A DNA stretch of 64,000 bases from the human T2T-CHM13v2.0 reference genome, Homo sapiens (GCF_009914755.1 NC_060938.1); one strand, 5' to 3'; counted from the stretch's first letter, positions 37,411 through 51,156 are shown. A program made the numbers and translations. The notes: generated by a model from the sequence alone, not told the origin.

Positions 37411-39682
37411 CTCCGCGCATCATCCATTCATCCACAGTGCTCACTGTGGCCTCTGGGAGGATGCTCCCACTCTGTTGGGGGGGCCTGTGGCTGAGGAGCC
37501 CCCTCCTCAGACTTCGTCTTGCTTCCCCCAAACAGCTGCCCTGGGGCCTGCTGGGCTGGAGCCTGCAGATGGGTGTGTGGGGAGGGTGCGGGTGGGCGGG
37601 ATCTCTCACGCCTATTGAGGCCCCCATGCAGGGGGTGCCGACTCCCGCCTGCCACCCACCCTTTGTCCACAGCGTTCCTGGCTGCTTTGGCTCCCTCAGC
37701 CTCCAGTCCTTTCTTCTCTTTTCACCTCCTTTTCCAATTAAGAGCCCACCCTGCCTGCCCCACAGACACCGTCAAGCCTGGCCCCATTATCCAGTCCCCT
37801 GGCGGGTGGTCTCTGCACCGTGCTGCCCTCCATACGCAGCAGCCTCTGTCTCAGGGGTCTCACTGCCCCATTGGGTGCTGCATCCTGGGGAGCGAGAGGG
37901 GCTGGTGTGACTGTGCCTGGGCCCCACACCTGGGCTCCAGCAACCCTCGCAACACCTATCCTGGCTCTGTTTGGCAACCTAAGGGTGGTGGGCCACGAGC
38001 GTCCCAGGACCTCAGAATTCCAGCTCTTGGAAAAGTGCCCAGGGCATGAAATTCCCTTTAGAACACACCCTGGGCCCACTGTCCCTCTTGGGCACTCTCA
38101 GCCCTCAAGGCTGGTGGCACTCACTCCCTGCCCTCACAAAGGCTGCTGCTCCCACCTCCTGGCCATGCCTGGGGCCAGCAGCAAGTACACTGTGGCCACA
38201 GAGCCGGGCAGTCAGGAGAGGCCAGAGTGCGGTAGCACCTGTCCCACCCGCTATTCCACAGTAGGGGACAAACGGAGCTTGGAGGGGTTCAGACGGTGTC
38301 TTGAAGGATAGAGCAGGTTCCTATCTTTGAGGACTCCTCCTCCTGCTTCCTGACTTCTGGGTGGACCTGACCATCTCCTCGTGTTGCAGAAAAGGGCTCT
38401 AAAGCCCAGTTGTACCACCTACCAGCCAGGGAACCTGGTGAAATAGACACTGTACAATGTCTTCCAGCCTTGTGCTTCTATTCTACAGACGGGCACCATT
38501 ACATCACTAGGAGGAGTGAACCTGCCTCTGGCAAACAGGTCCGGCCTGCAGCACCCACGGCGGGTGGTTTCCTTTCCTACCCCACAGCCTCCCCTGGGGC
38601 CACTGTGTGCCCTGTAACCCCCTCCTTCCAGCGGCCCCACAGCTCCAGCTGTCTGGGCAGGCTCTCCTCTGACTCAGGTCGAGAGCTGCAGCCAGGCCAG
38701 GCCCTCTGCTGTGGGCACACCCGCTGGCATCACCCCTCTCACTGGGCCCAGCCACCCCTCGGCCTGGTGCCTCCTTGGACAGTGGGCATGGCTGCCCCTG
38801 GCTGCAGCTGGTGTCCTGGGGCTGGCATCCCAAAGCTCCCGCGTTCTCCAGCACCGGTGGAGAGAAAGCCCCGCTGTCCAGCCGAGTTCTGATGGAGATG
38901 GTGCCAGGCGGCTTGTGCCCTCCTCCGCCCTGGTCCTGGGGTCTCGTGGTGAAGTCAGCTGCTTTAGAAATCAGGCGGGAGCTGAGGGAGTGGAGGGCTG
39001 GGGGCCACGCCCTGAGCTTCCCTGGGTACCCCCTGACGGCTGCTCTTTAGGAGCCAGGCTGGGACTTCCAATATACCACGAGAAGCCAGCAACCTGGGCT
39101 TCGATCTGAGATCTGTTTAGAAATGTTGGCAATGAATTCAATATTTTAAAAACCAAGATGTAGTGAGGGAGGCTATGGAAAGGCTACCAGCAGGGGTTAA
39201 CTGGCTGCCTGGCGTGAGATGGGGTCCAGGTGGAGGGGGTGAGAAGGGAGGGGAGCAGGGGCAGGATGGAAAGGACTGCGGTGAGGCACGCGGGTCCATC
39301 TGTGCAGAGCTGCTCGTGGAGGGGTGTGGAAGCCCACCCCATCCACCGCCCCACTGGGCCTGCGCAGTCAGGCGGTCCCCGGGAGCTGAGTAAGGGGGCT
39401 CTGAGGAGAGGGTCCTCATGACGGTTGGGGTCACCAAGCCCAGAGGAGGCTTCCAGGCAGCCAATTTCAGACTTAATTCAGGCAGCCCTCTGGGGCTGAC
39501 CGAGTGCCCTTCTCGCCCGCGTTGGCGAGCAAGAGGCAGGCCCTGGTGTGCTGGTGCATCTCCTGGCGGGCTTATGAGGGGCTGGAGCCCTGGGGGACTC
39601 TGGAGCAGCCCCTCCAAAGGATGCCATGGGCACAGATGCTGTGTCTGGCTACAAGAGGCACTTGGATCCCCAGGTTTGCTGC

Positions 39683-39975
39683 TGTGTGTGCGTGCATGCA
39701 GATGTGTGCATATGTGTGTATCTTTGTGTGCGTGTTTCTGTATCTCTGTGTGGGTATGTGTGCGTCTATGTATATCTCTGTGTATGCCTGCATGTGTGTC
39801 TACGTGTGTGTGTGTATCTTTGTAACTGTGTGTGGGCACACAGACATATGAACGTGTGTATCCGTGTCTGTGTATCTGCCCACATGTGTCTGTATGTGCG
39901 TGGGTGAGTGTGTGTCTGTATCTGTGCATGTGTGAGTGTGTGTCTGTATCTGTGTGTGTGTGTGTGTGTGTCTGT
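39683..39975. repeat. (TG)-rich low-complexity tract
   Basis: Read directly. Confidence 0.9.
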
Positions 39976-40652
39976 GTTGGTTCCTTCAGCAGGGATGTCA
40001 GCTGTGGCCAGGGGGCCCGCAAGCCAGCCCTAAATTTGGGCAAATTTGGCCTGACCTAGGGAAGAAGGAAGCTGTGTTCACTGCCGCTGAGGGTGGGTGG
40101 GAGAAGGGCTGAGAGGGTGAGAACTGAGGGGCCCCAGGGGGGCAACAGTTACCCTCAGTGGTGCAGGTGGGGAACTGAGGCAGAGCCAGAGGCTGGGAGA
40201 CAGGAAGAGGTGGGAAGTGACCGGAGTGAGGCTGAGCAGAGGGAGCGTCTTCGTTTCATAAAAAGCCATAAATCCAGCCGAAGCTAACTGTGGAGGAAAG
40301 GGTACTGGGCCCCTCCTGTCTTCCCCGACCCCGTACACTGACCCGAGGCTGGACGAACCCTCAGTTCCTGCCCACCGAGAGCACGCATCTGTTCATGCCC
40401 CTAAAATATGGGTGCTCAGGACACTATCAGCCTTGGACAGCTGCTGTTTCCACTTGATCTGTGAAATTTATGCCGTTGGGAAGACAAATGTTCTTAGCCA
40501 GGGCTGAGGGAAGGTATGAGCAGCCCCCCTTCCCTCCTGTCCAATTTTGGAGGCTGGGAATATTGGCTTCACTCTGACAGCTCCCTGACTGGGTGGCCCA
40601 GAAACGACATATGGCTGGAGAATTCCCAGCCTGTAGGCTGAACACCTCCAGC

Positions 40653-41990
40653 CTTTTTTTCCTATTGTATTAAAATATACATAATCTTTATCGCTGTAAA
40701 CATTTGTAAGTCTGTAATTCAGTGGCCCTGAATACACTCTCAGTGTTGTGCAACCATCACCTCTATCTATACCCAAAGCTTCTCATCTTCCCCCAACAAC
40801 TCTGTCCCCATTAAATAATAACCCTCTCCCCCAACACCTCTACCCCCATTAAATAACAACCCCCTCCCCCAACACCTCTGCCCCCATTAAATAACAACCC
40901 CCTCCCCCAACACCTCTGCCCCCATTAAATAACAACCCCCTCCCCCAACAACTCTATCCCCATTAAGTAACAATCCCCTCACCCAACAATTCTGTCCCCA
41001 TTAAATAACAACCCTCTTCCCCAACAACTCTATCCCCATTAAATAACAACCCCCTCCCCCAACACCTCTACCCCCATTAAATAACAACCCCCTTCCCCAA
41101 CAACTCTATCCTCATTAAATAACAACCCTCTCCCTCAACAACTCTATCCTCATTAAATAACAACCCTCTCCCCCAACAACTCTATTCCCATTAAATAACA
41201 ACTCTCCCCCCAGTGACTCTCTCCCCATTAAATAACAACTCTCCCCTCTCAAGACAATTCTGTCCCCATCTAATAACAACTCTCTCCCCTGACAACTCTA
41301 TCCTCATTAAATAACAACTCTCTCTTCTTTCTTCCCTCAGCCCCTGATCACCTTTATTGTACTTTCTGTCTTTATGACTTTGCCTACTCTAGACACCTCA
41401 CATGAGTGGAATCATGCAGTATTTGTCCTTTTATATCTGACTTATTTAACTCAGCATAATGTCTTCAAGGCTCAGCTCTGTCTCAGCACATGTCAGAATT
41501 TCCTTCCTTTTCGGGGCTGAATAGTATTCCACAGTATGAGTGGACCACACTGTGTTTGTCCTTCATCTGTTGATGAACACTTGGGTTGCTTCTACTTTCT
41601 GGCTGTTGTGACGAATGCTGCTATATGCATGGGTGTATAAATATCTCTCCAAGACCCTGCTTTCTTGTCTTTTGGGTGTATGACTAGGAGTAGAATTGCT
41701 GGGTCATGTGGCATATTCAACCTTTTGAAGAACTGCCAAACTGTTTTCCACGGTGACCACGCCACTTTATATCCCTACCAGCAATGCGCAAGAGTTGCAA
41801 TTTCTCCACATCCTCATCCCCAGTTCTTTTCTTTTCTTTATGGCTGTAGCCATCCTAGTGGGTATGAAGTGTTTTGGTTTGCATTTCCCTAATGACCAGT
41901 GCTGTTGAGCATCTTTTCATGTGCTTATTGGCCATTTGTATATCTTCTTTGGAGAAATGTCCATTCAAGTTCTTTTTTCATTTTTAAATT
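40653..41990 (-). mobile_element. L1MB-like 3' end containing an internal VNTR
   Basis: ttgtgcaaccatcacctctatc, gagtggaatcatgcagtatttgtcctttt and ttgagcatcttttcatgtgcttattggccatttgtatatcttctttggagaaatgtc are antisense L1MB 3' UTR/ORF2 end. Confidence 0.88.
40790..41325. repeat. Minisatellite, 38-bp unit ~CCCCATTAAATAACAACCCCCTCCCCCAACA[C/A]CTCT[G/A]N, ~14 copies
   Basis: ATTAAAT recurs at 40810, 40848, 40886, 40924 ... 41306. Confidence 0.93.
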
Positions 41991-42507
41991 GGGACCTCTA
42001 GCCTTATTGAGGTCTTTCTTCCTAGATCATAAAGGGTAGGAACACTGCTAGGCTGGGTCACACTGGTATGGGTTTAAAATGCAGGGGTCCTGGATCCAAG
42101 CATGGTGAGGGATTCTGGAGTCTGGGCTCTGGGAGGCTGGGGAGCATTAGGACATGAGAGATCTCTTGGGAGGGGCAGTGATGGGAGGTGGGGGTGCCAA
42201 GGGGTGGCAGAGCCTCCCTGGCTGCAAGGGACCATGGGCAGCCCCAGGTTTTGGAGAACTCCCCTAATAGGAGGGAGCATGGCATCAAGGACCCTGGCTG
42301 TAATGCTTGGAAGGGGAGGACTTTGGGGACAACTTTTCTGGAGCTCTCTTATCCTCCCCCAGGCCCAGGGCTTATGCTCATTACACTTTTCCTGTGCACA
42401 TTCACTAAACAAACATTCTTGAGCACCCAGGCTGTGCCGGTGGCTGGGGCACCTGGAGGGAACCAGGCCAACATGGCTCCTGTCCCCACAGAACCCACAG
42501 TCTTGAG

Positions 42508-42579
42508 CTGTGCTGCTCAGTTTGGCAGCACTAGCCACTTAGTTACTGAAATTAAAGTTAAATACAGTTAAATAAAGTT
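42508..42579 (-). mobile_element. MER3 (hAT-Charlie), left piece
   Basis: ctgtgctg...cactagccac...aaattaaagttaaatacagttaaataaa; the consensus continues at 47540. Confidence 0.65.
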
Positions 42580-45500
42580 GAGGCTTCTGCTACCAGCCAA
42601 GATGGAGTAATGTGAATTGGATTTATCCTTCCACCTGCAATAAGCAAGAAATGGACAAAAATACATGAAAAATCAGTTCTCAAGGCACTGTAGACAATGG
42701 AGTAGAGTAAGAGGCTAGAAACAAATCAGATGAACTCCACAGCTGTCATATCTTACTGCTGGAGAGAATGCCCATGCCGTGAAGCAGGAAGCAGGAATCC
42801 AGGCAGAGCCAGGTGGACTCCCTGAGTTAAGGAGGAGACCAAGGTGGTGAGAATCGGCAGGACAGAGGTGCTGCAGAGGGGAGAGCTGAACACAGAGAGA
42901 ACTCTGAGATCCATAGAGGGTCCCTTTCAGGATTCAGTTGAGGACTGAGCATCCTCTGAGTATGAGGAAACTACCTGAGTTGGGAAAGGCTCAGAACTAA
43001 GGCCTGGTGTTCACACAGGGCCAGGAATAGTGCCTGTTCCTAACAGTGGGGCTGGAAAACCTCATAATTTCTGGGGCATTGGTAGAATGCCTTGCTTCAG
43101 TCGTGGGATATAATTTGCCCTAGGCTGAGCACTGCTCCAATTCTTCCTAAACTATCTTAAAAGCAAGACCCTGAAGAATCAAACTGTTTCCAAATGACTT
43201 AACTGAATCTCAGGAAAAGCTCAAGAATCCAACACCTAACAATATAAAATTCACAATGTCTGGAGTCCAGTAAAAATTAACAAGTATGCAAAGAAGCAAG
43301 AAAATGCAACCCATAATAAGGAGATAAATCAGCAAAGACAGCCCAAGACTGACACAGATGTTAGAATGAGCAGGCAAGAGCATGAAAATAGTTATGATGA
43401 CTGTGTTCCATATGATGAAAAAGTTAAGTAGAGACATGGAAGATATAACAAAGACCCACATCATATTTCTAGAGATAAAAACTGCAATGTGTAAGATAAA
43501 AAATACACTGGACGGATGGAATTATTGTCAGATTAGATGTTGAAGAAGAAAAGATGATCACACTTGAAGACATAGCAATAGAAACAATCCCAAATGAAAC
43601 ACAGAAAGACAATATTATTTTAAAAGTTAACAGAATATCATTGAACTTTGGGAAAATGTCAAGTGGTCTAATCTGTTTAATTGAATTATGTGAAAGAGAA
43701 GAGAGAGATGGGAACAGAAAAAAAAATACTTGAAATAATGGCCAAATATTTTCCACATATGAAAACTATAAACCCATAGATTCGAGAAGCTCAAAAAAGG
43801 CAAAGTACAAGAAACATAGAAAAAACTACACCAAGGAGCATTATAAGCAAATTGCTCAAAAGTAGTGATAAAATTTCTTGCTTGCAGCCAGAAAATAAAA
43901 GGCAAGATTTGTATAGTGCAACAAAAGTGAGAATAACAGCAGATTTCTTGTGGGACACAACGTAAGCCAGAAGAAGGTGGATGAACATCTTTAAAGTTCT
44001 GAAGGAAAAAATATCTTTCAACCTAGAATTCTGTGACCATTAGAAATATCTTTCAAAAGCAAAGGCACAATAATGACTTTTACAAGTATACAAAAGCTGA
44101 AAGAATGTCTCAACAGAGGACCTGCATTGCAAGAAATTTTAAAGAAATTCCTTCAGGTGGAAGGAAAATGATACTAGTTGGAATTATGGCTCTACAGAAA
44201 GGAATGAAAAGTCCTGGGACTGACACTTTATAGGTAAATATATAAGATTTATTTTTATTATTTAAATTTATTTAAATGATAATTAATTGTTTAAACAAGA
44301 ACAATAATGTAGTATGAGGTTTATGGCATATATAAAGTTAAAATGCATGACAACAATAGCACAAAGTTTTGAAAGGGAGGAATGAAAATATGCTATTAAA
44401 ATGTTCTTATCTTGCATGTGAAGTAGTATAATAGCACCTGAAGGCAGCCTACGATAAGTTAAAAATATATGCTATGAGCCATAAAGCAACCAATAAATTA
44501 CAAAACAAAGGGAAATAGCTAATAAAACAACAAAACACATAAAATGGAATTGTAAGAAATATTTCATTAATCCTAAAGAAGGCAGAAAAAGATGAAAAAG
44601 GGAAAAACAAGTGGGACAAATAGAAAATAAAGAGCAAAATAATAGACTTAAGCCTACCAATAATACATTAAATGTAAACAGTCCAAATATTCCAATTAAG
44701 AGACAGAGTGACTAACAGAATTAAAAAGCAAGACCCAACTATATGCTGCCTATAAGAAACACACATTAAATATGAAGATACAGAACTCTTGGTTTCTGGC
44801 CTGGCATGTGGCATGTAAACAGCTTGGAAGTCATCACTCCATTCTCATTACAAGTATAAAGCTGAACAAACCACAAAAGCAACTCTTCTTAGATCCTTAA
44901 GAGAAGCGAGGTCACAGGGCAAACTGCTGTCCCTCAAATTGGATGGACAGACAGACAAATACAGAGAATTACAACTTACTGGAGCAGAAACCTCTGCAGG
45001 AACCAGTGCTGGAACAAGAAAACCTAAAGTGTAATCAACAAATTGCCAGAGGCTCAGTGTGGATAAGCCTGGGAGTTAAAAACTCCAGAGAGACCCAGTC
45101 ACAGTCCCCCTTCCCCCAGCTTTTGTGAATTTTTCCTCCTCGGTCTTTCCTCCAGGTTCACACAGTGAATACCAAAGGAAAATCCCTTTGTTCTTTCCAG
45201 CAGGGAGAAGGGGAAAAAGAGCCATTTTGAGATATACCAGACTATCTGTTCTTAATAATGGTCTACCTTCCAGAGAAACTAACCAGATCCTAGCCTTCTG
45301 GAGTTTTATCCATGCTTAATTGACCTGACGGAAAGGAAACACCCACCTCCAGCCCCCTCCAGCCATCCTGTCCCACCTAAGGAGGGGGATCTGAGATGCA
45401 CTGGTGAGTTTCACAGTCCAGAGGCACAGGCTCACTAAAGGTAAAGATACAAATAAGCTGCAAGAAAGGGAATGGGAAAAGATATACCACACTAACATTA

Positions 45501-47535
45501 ATTAAAAGAACTCTGGAGAGGCTGTATTAACATCAACAAAGTAGATGTACAGAATATTACCAGAAATAAATAAAATCACTTTGTAATGATACAGAAATCA
45601 ATTCATCAGAATGTAACAATTCCAAAGATGTATGCACCTAATGACAGAGCTTCAAAATAAATGAAACAAACACTAATAGAACTACAAGGAGAATTAGGCA
45701 CATACAATTACAGCCAGAAATTTTAATACCCCTTTTTCAATAACTGTTAGGACAAATTGACAGAAAATCAACAAGGGCATATAAGACTTGAAGAGCAGAT
45801 TCAACTGACATTTATAAAATACTCCACTCAACAACAGAATACCCATTCTTTTCAAGTGCACATGGAACACATTTACTAAGATAGACAATATTCTGGGCCA
45901 TAAAACAAGTCCAAAAAATATAAAGGGATCCAAGTCATAAAAAGTTTTATCTGATCACAATGGGATTAGATTAGAATTGAAAAATGGAAATATTTCTGGA
46001 AAATTCCCCCAAATTTGGAAATGAAGTAACATATTTCTTGGTAACTTATGGGTCAAAGGAGGAATTAAAAGGGAAATTAGAAAGTATTTTGAACTAAATA
46101 AAAAGGAAAACACAGCCTGTAAAATGTGTGGGATTTAGTTAAATCCCACTATTTAGGGGGAAATTTGTAGCATTAAATGCCTATGTTAGAAAAGAAGAAA
46201 TATCTTAAATCAATGACCTTAAGAAACTAGAAAAGAGCAAATGAAACCCAAAGTAAGAAAAAAGGAAGTAGTGAAGATCAGAGTGAAAAATCAATGAAAT
46301 CATAAACAGAAAGACAGTAGAGAAAATCAATGAAACCAAAAGCTGGTTCTTCGAGATGATTGAAAAGATGAACAAACCTTTAGGTAGGCTGGTCAGTAAA
46401 AAGAGAGAGAAGACACAAATGACCAGTATCGGGAATGAAGGAGGTTACATAAGAACTGATTCTACTGATATTAAGGGATGATAAGGGGATATTATCAACA
46501 ACTCTATGTCAATAAATTCAACTACTCAAAATGGACAAATTCCCTGAAAGACACAAATTACCAAGGATGTGCAGGATGAAGTGGATAACCACACAGCCCT
46601 GTAACTATTAAAGAAACTGGGTTTGTAGTTAAAAACCTTTCTACAAAGAAAACTCCACGGTCAGGTGGCTTTACTGATGAATTCTACCAAATGCAAGGAA
46701 GAAAATACCACTTAACCAATAATAATATGCGGAGTGCAAATAAGCATGTGAAACTGCTCAATATAGTTAGTCATTCAAGTGGAAACTAACCCATAGTGTG
46801 AGAACACCACACACCTAGTAGAATGGCTAGCATTAAAAAGACTGACATACCAAGTATTGGAGATGATACGGAGGAACTGGAACTCTTCTGTGCTGCTGGG
46901 GGAGGCAGGGTATGTAAAATGGTACAACTGCTTTATAAAGCAATTTGTCAGTCTCTTAAATCATTAAACATATACCTACCATATGATCCAGTCATCCCAC
47001 TTCAAGAGAAATGAAAACAGTCCACACAGAGTTGTATGTGAATATTCACAGCAGCTTTATTTGTAACACCCCAAAACTAGGCAGAACCCAAACGTCCATC
47101 AACAGTTGAGTGGATAAATAAAAGGTGGTGTGTCCGCACAATGGCTGCTACTTGGCGATAGAAAGTGATGAATTATTGATGTGCACGATGACGTGGATAA
47201 ATGGCAGGTAATATACTGAGTAAGGGGGACAGATAAAAAGGAAATGTAATTCACGATTTTATAAAGAATATGTATGTAATTCTTGAAAATGCAAACTAAT
47301 CTATAATGACAGAAAATAGATCAATGGTTGCTTGGGGCCTGGAGAAGCGGGCAGGGAAGATGGAGGGCAGGATCTCCAAGGGGCATGAAGAAGGTTTTTG
47401 GTGTGATGGGAATGTTCTTTACTTTTGTGATGGTTTTGCTGGTGTATACATGTGTTAAAACCTATCCAATTGTATACTTTAATTATGTATAGCTTATTCT
47501 ATGTTAGTTATACTTCAGTAAAGCTACGGAGTACA
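42580..47535 (+). mobile_element. Old L1 (L1MD/L1M-like): 5' UTR, degenerate ORF1, ORF2 with the RT region deleted near 46710, 3' UTR
   Basis: Starts gaggcttctgctaccagccaagatggagtaa. A-rich ORF1; endonuclease motifs (aagacccaactatatgctgcctataaga, tatgcacctaatgacagagcttcaaaata). 3' UTR ends ...gttatacttcagtaaagct. No intact ORF. Confidence 0.88.
44785..45440 (+). mobile_element. Second L1 5'-UTR-like segment nested in the host ORF2
   Basis: Host ORF2 stops at ...aaatatgaagatacaga and resumes at ...aaagatacaaataag; the intervening GC-richer block resembles an L1M 5' end. Confidence 0.5.
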
Positions 47536-47539
47536 ATTT

Positions 47540-47660
47540 TTAAAACCCAGGTCTGTGGTTACAATAACATTTCGAGTGCTCAGTAACCACAGTAGCTAGT
47601 GGCTGCCACACTGGACAGTGCAGATACAGAATGTTTTTATTACTGTGGACAGTGCTGGTC
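47540..47660 (-). mobile_element. MER3, right piece
   Basis: catttcgagtgctcagtaaccacagtagctagtggctgccacactggacagtgcagatacagaa...tggacagtgctg matches the recalled MER3. Confidence 0.8.
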
Positions 47661-48809
47661 TCGAGGGAAAGACACACATGACCTGGACCATGGCGTGGGC
47701 TTTGTCTTTGCAATGGGAGGAAAACATCAGCGGAGTAACAAGAAGGAAGGGACTCGAGGGCCTTGGCAGATGTTGGTTGGGCTGACCAGGTCTGCACCCA
47801 GGCCCTGGGGGACCTGGTGGGGAAAAGGTCCTTCCTCCCCAGTGGGGTGAGGGGAGAGGTGTTGGCCCCAAGCAGGATGGTGGCGATGCCAGGTGGCTAT
47901 GGTGGTGAGCGGCCCACACTGCTGTGGACCAAAGCCAGAGGGGAGGGTGTGAGGCCTGAGGTGGGGAGCTCAGATGCTGCTGAAAGAAGGCAGGCTCAGG
48001 GCAGCCCAGGCAAGAGGGGTTGAGCCAGTGATGCTCTCTGCCCTGCTGGGATGCTCTCCCCGTCCCCTGCTGCTCTGCCTTGGGGAGCAGAGAGAGGAGG
48101 CAGAAAGGGGTCTCTGGGGAAGGTGCGCCCACCCCAGCCAGTGTACTTTGGAAGGGAAGTGGCATCCCGGGTGTCAGGGCCCCCCACCCTGGGGCAGAGG
48201 AGGAGCTGACCTGGGGAGCAAGCAGATGAGAGCCCAGGGCTCACTAAGGCTTTGGGGAGCCCCTGGTTCTGAGCCCTGCCTTCCCCCTCCCTCTGCCCTG
48301 GGCTGGGACTCTGAGCTCCTGCTTCCTGCACCCCCATCACTGTCTCCTTTGGGGACAGGGACCAGCTCTGGGGGTCAAGTGCTAGGGTGAGGTTGACAGA
48401 GGTCCCGCTTAGCTGCACGGCCCCCACATGTAGACAGTGAGGGGGAGTATTAACTGGCAGGGGAGGCACACCCCAGCCCCCTGGGGAGGGGGCCAGCTGC
48501 ATGCCGGGGACAGGCTGCAGCTGGGGTGACGGGGCTGGGCTCATTCCCGTTGGGGACAACATGACTCAGATGGGTCCCACCTGCAGGCAAGCCTGTCCCG
48601 AGGGCCTTGGTTCCAGTGCAGGGGTGGCAGAGCCTCCTGCTGCACCGGACAGGGCTGGGGCACGCGGGGTGGCTGGGCGGGGCTGGGGCAGGCGGGGCTG
48701 GCCATGTCCACTGCAGGGCCTGGAGGACGGGTCTTGGCTCGTTCCCCACCTGAAGGACAGGGTGGCGGGGGGGACTCTCTCCTTTCGTTGTCCCATCTGT
48801 CCCTTGGGC

Positions 48810-49310
48810 AAAATTGAACAAACCCATAAAAGCCAAATAACTCTCATTGTAGAGGACAGTCCACCGCCCAGGTCTGCACAGTGGCTCCTGAGGCCGAGTT
48901 GATCAAAATGTAATCAGTTCTAACGCAAGACCTATTTGATGACAGGTATGGTGTGGCCGTGTGTAACTATCCTTACAATTAATTAACTTTTCATGTCGTT
49001 CATTAAGCTCCATAACTTATGAGGCCGGGCACTGTACAGTTGGAAGTCACAGAAGGGAAGACTGGAGTTAAACCGTGCTAGGGTGTCCCTGGCATGAGGG
49101 GCACCCTGCGTGGCAGCTCCCAGAGCTGGTGTCTGTGCACAAGCATGGTGGGGCTTACCTGACCCCGGCCCCTGGCTCAGCTGGGGACTCATGGTGGAGC
49201 AGCTGCAGTCGCTGTAGGATCATTCCCTTTGTGACTGGAAATAATTGTATTTGTGATTTGCACAATGCTGCAACATATTGATTTTTCAATTACGCCGGGA
49301 AGAAATCGAG
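48810..49310. promoter_or_regulatory. Candidate conserved developmental enhancer
   Basis: AT-rich unique island with TAATCA 48911, TGATGACAG 48937-48945, TTAATTAA 48979-48986, CATTAA 49001 and CATAACTTATG 49011-49021; second TAATT/CAATTA cluster at 49240-49295. Confidence 0.55.
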
Positions 49311-50536
49311 AATGAGATGGAAGGGAGTGGCGGCTCCTCGAGGGGCTCTGAGTTGGGGTCTGCAGCATTGCAGCGGGTGACCCTCAGCAGGGGGCCTTGG
49401 GCCAGCGACCCCCAGGGTCTTAGAGCTACAAGTGACCTCAGACATACGTTCTTTGTCCAGCTGGGGAAACTGAGGCCCAGGGTGGGGACAGGCCTCGCCC
49501 GAGGGCTGGCAGTGAGGGTGGCACCAGAGCTTGGTCCCTGCCCCTGACTTTAGTACGTGAGTCCCTCACCTTGCCCTGGCATGAATAAATGAAGTTGGTA
49601 CTAGCAGGAACCTTCTGAGAGGGTCCACTGGGCCTGAGCCGTCAGGGAAATGCGAAGTTGGCATACAAACTTGGCAAATCTGTTCCTCATGCCAACACTC
49701 CCCCTGGGGCTTGCCTTCGGGCCTTGCCTCTCTATCTCCGTTTTAAAATGTTAGTCTTGGTTGAAGCGTCCCTTCCTCTGGATCTTCTCAGGGCCTCTCT
49801 GTCCTGGCTGCCCCCGCCCCAGTATTGGCATCTTGTGGGTCTGGCCGGCCTGGGCTGCTGGGAGGACGGGTGAGCCCCCGAGGCAGAGCCTACTGTCTGC
49901 CTTCTCCGCCCCCAAGGGCAAGGACCAGGTAAGGCGTGGGAGCTGCAGAGCAGGAAGTGGCTAGAGCTTGCTCACAGGCAGTGCTGGGTGCCGGGCTTGG
50001 GGATGAGCTCCGGACAGGGGGCTTTTGGAGCGCTGGCCCAGGCAGTGGTGCTGACGCAGGGGTCTGGTATCCCAGGCAAGAAGGGTGGCTGGAGGTGTCT
50101 GTGGGTCACCCCCTTTCTGCCCTTCCCTGTCATCTGCTCCTATCCCTGGGATGGGGTTCTGGGCCTCCCCAGCCTTGGGTAAGGACGCTGGTGTTGGCAT
50201 GAGCCGAACTGGTACTTGGGAGAAAGGGCTCCAGAGCCCCCAGCTTGGGGGAGGCTGGGCAAGCCAGGGCAACAAGCCCAGGGAACTGAGCCCACCAGGG
50301 CAGTGCAGCCCCGGGGTGGGGGTGCTTCCTGGAGGGAGGCTCCCAGCGAGGCCTGGGGTTGGGCCAGCCCTCCCAGCTGCCTGTGGCCTCTGTGGCACAT
50401 GCCCAAAGACATAATTCTGCAGCACCTCTATGGGCGGCAGCTGGGGATGATGGTGCCACCGAGCCCGTGACAAAGCCAATGTCTTTTTGAGGGTCAGGCG
50501 CAGTCCATACCAGGCTTTAATTTAAAAATCAAATTC

Positions 50537-51156
<620 letters not shown>

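Noticed and set aside
34739-37910. 887-1055 aa ORFs as protein-coding genes
   Set aside because: They are translations of a stop-free repeat unit in all three frames, with no domain, splice or promoter support; kept only as a low-prior finding.
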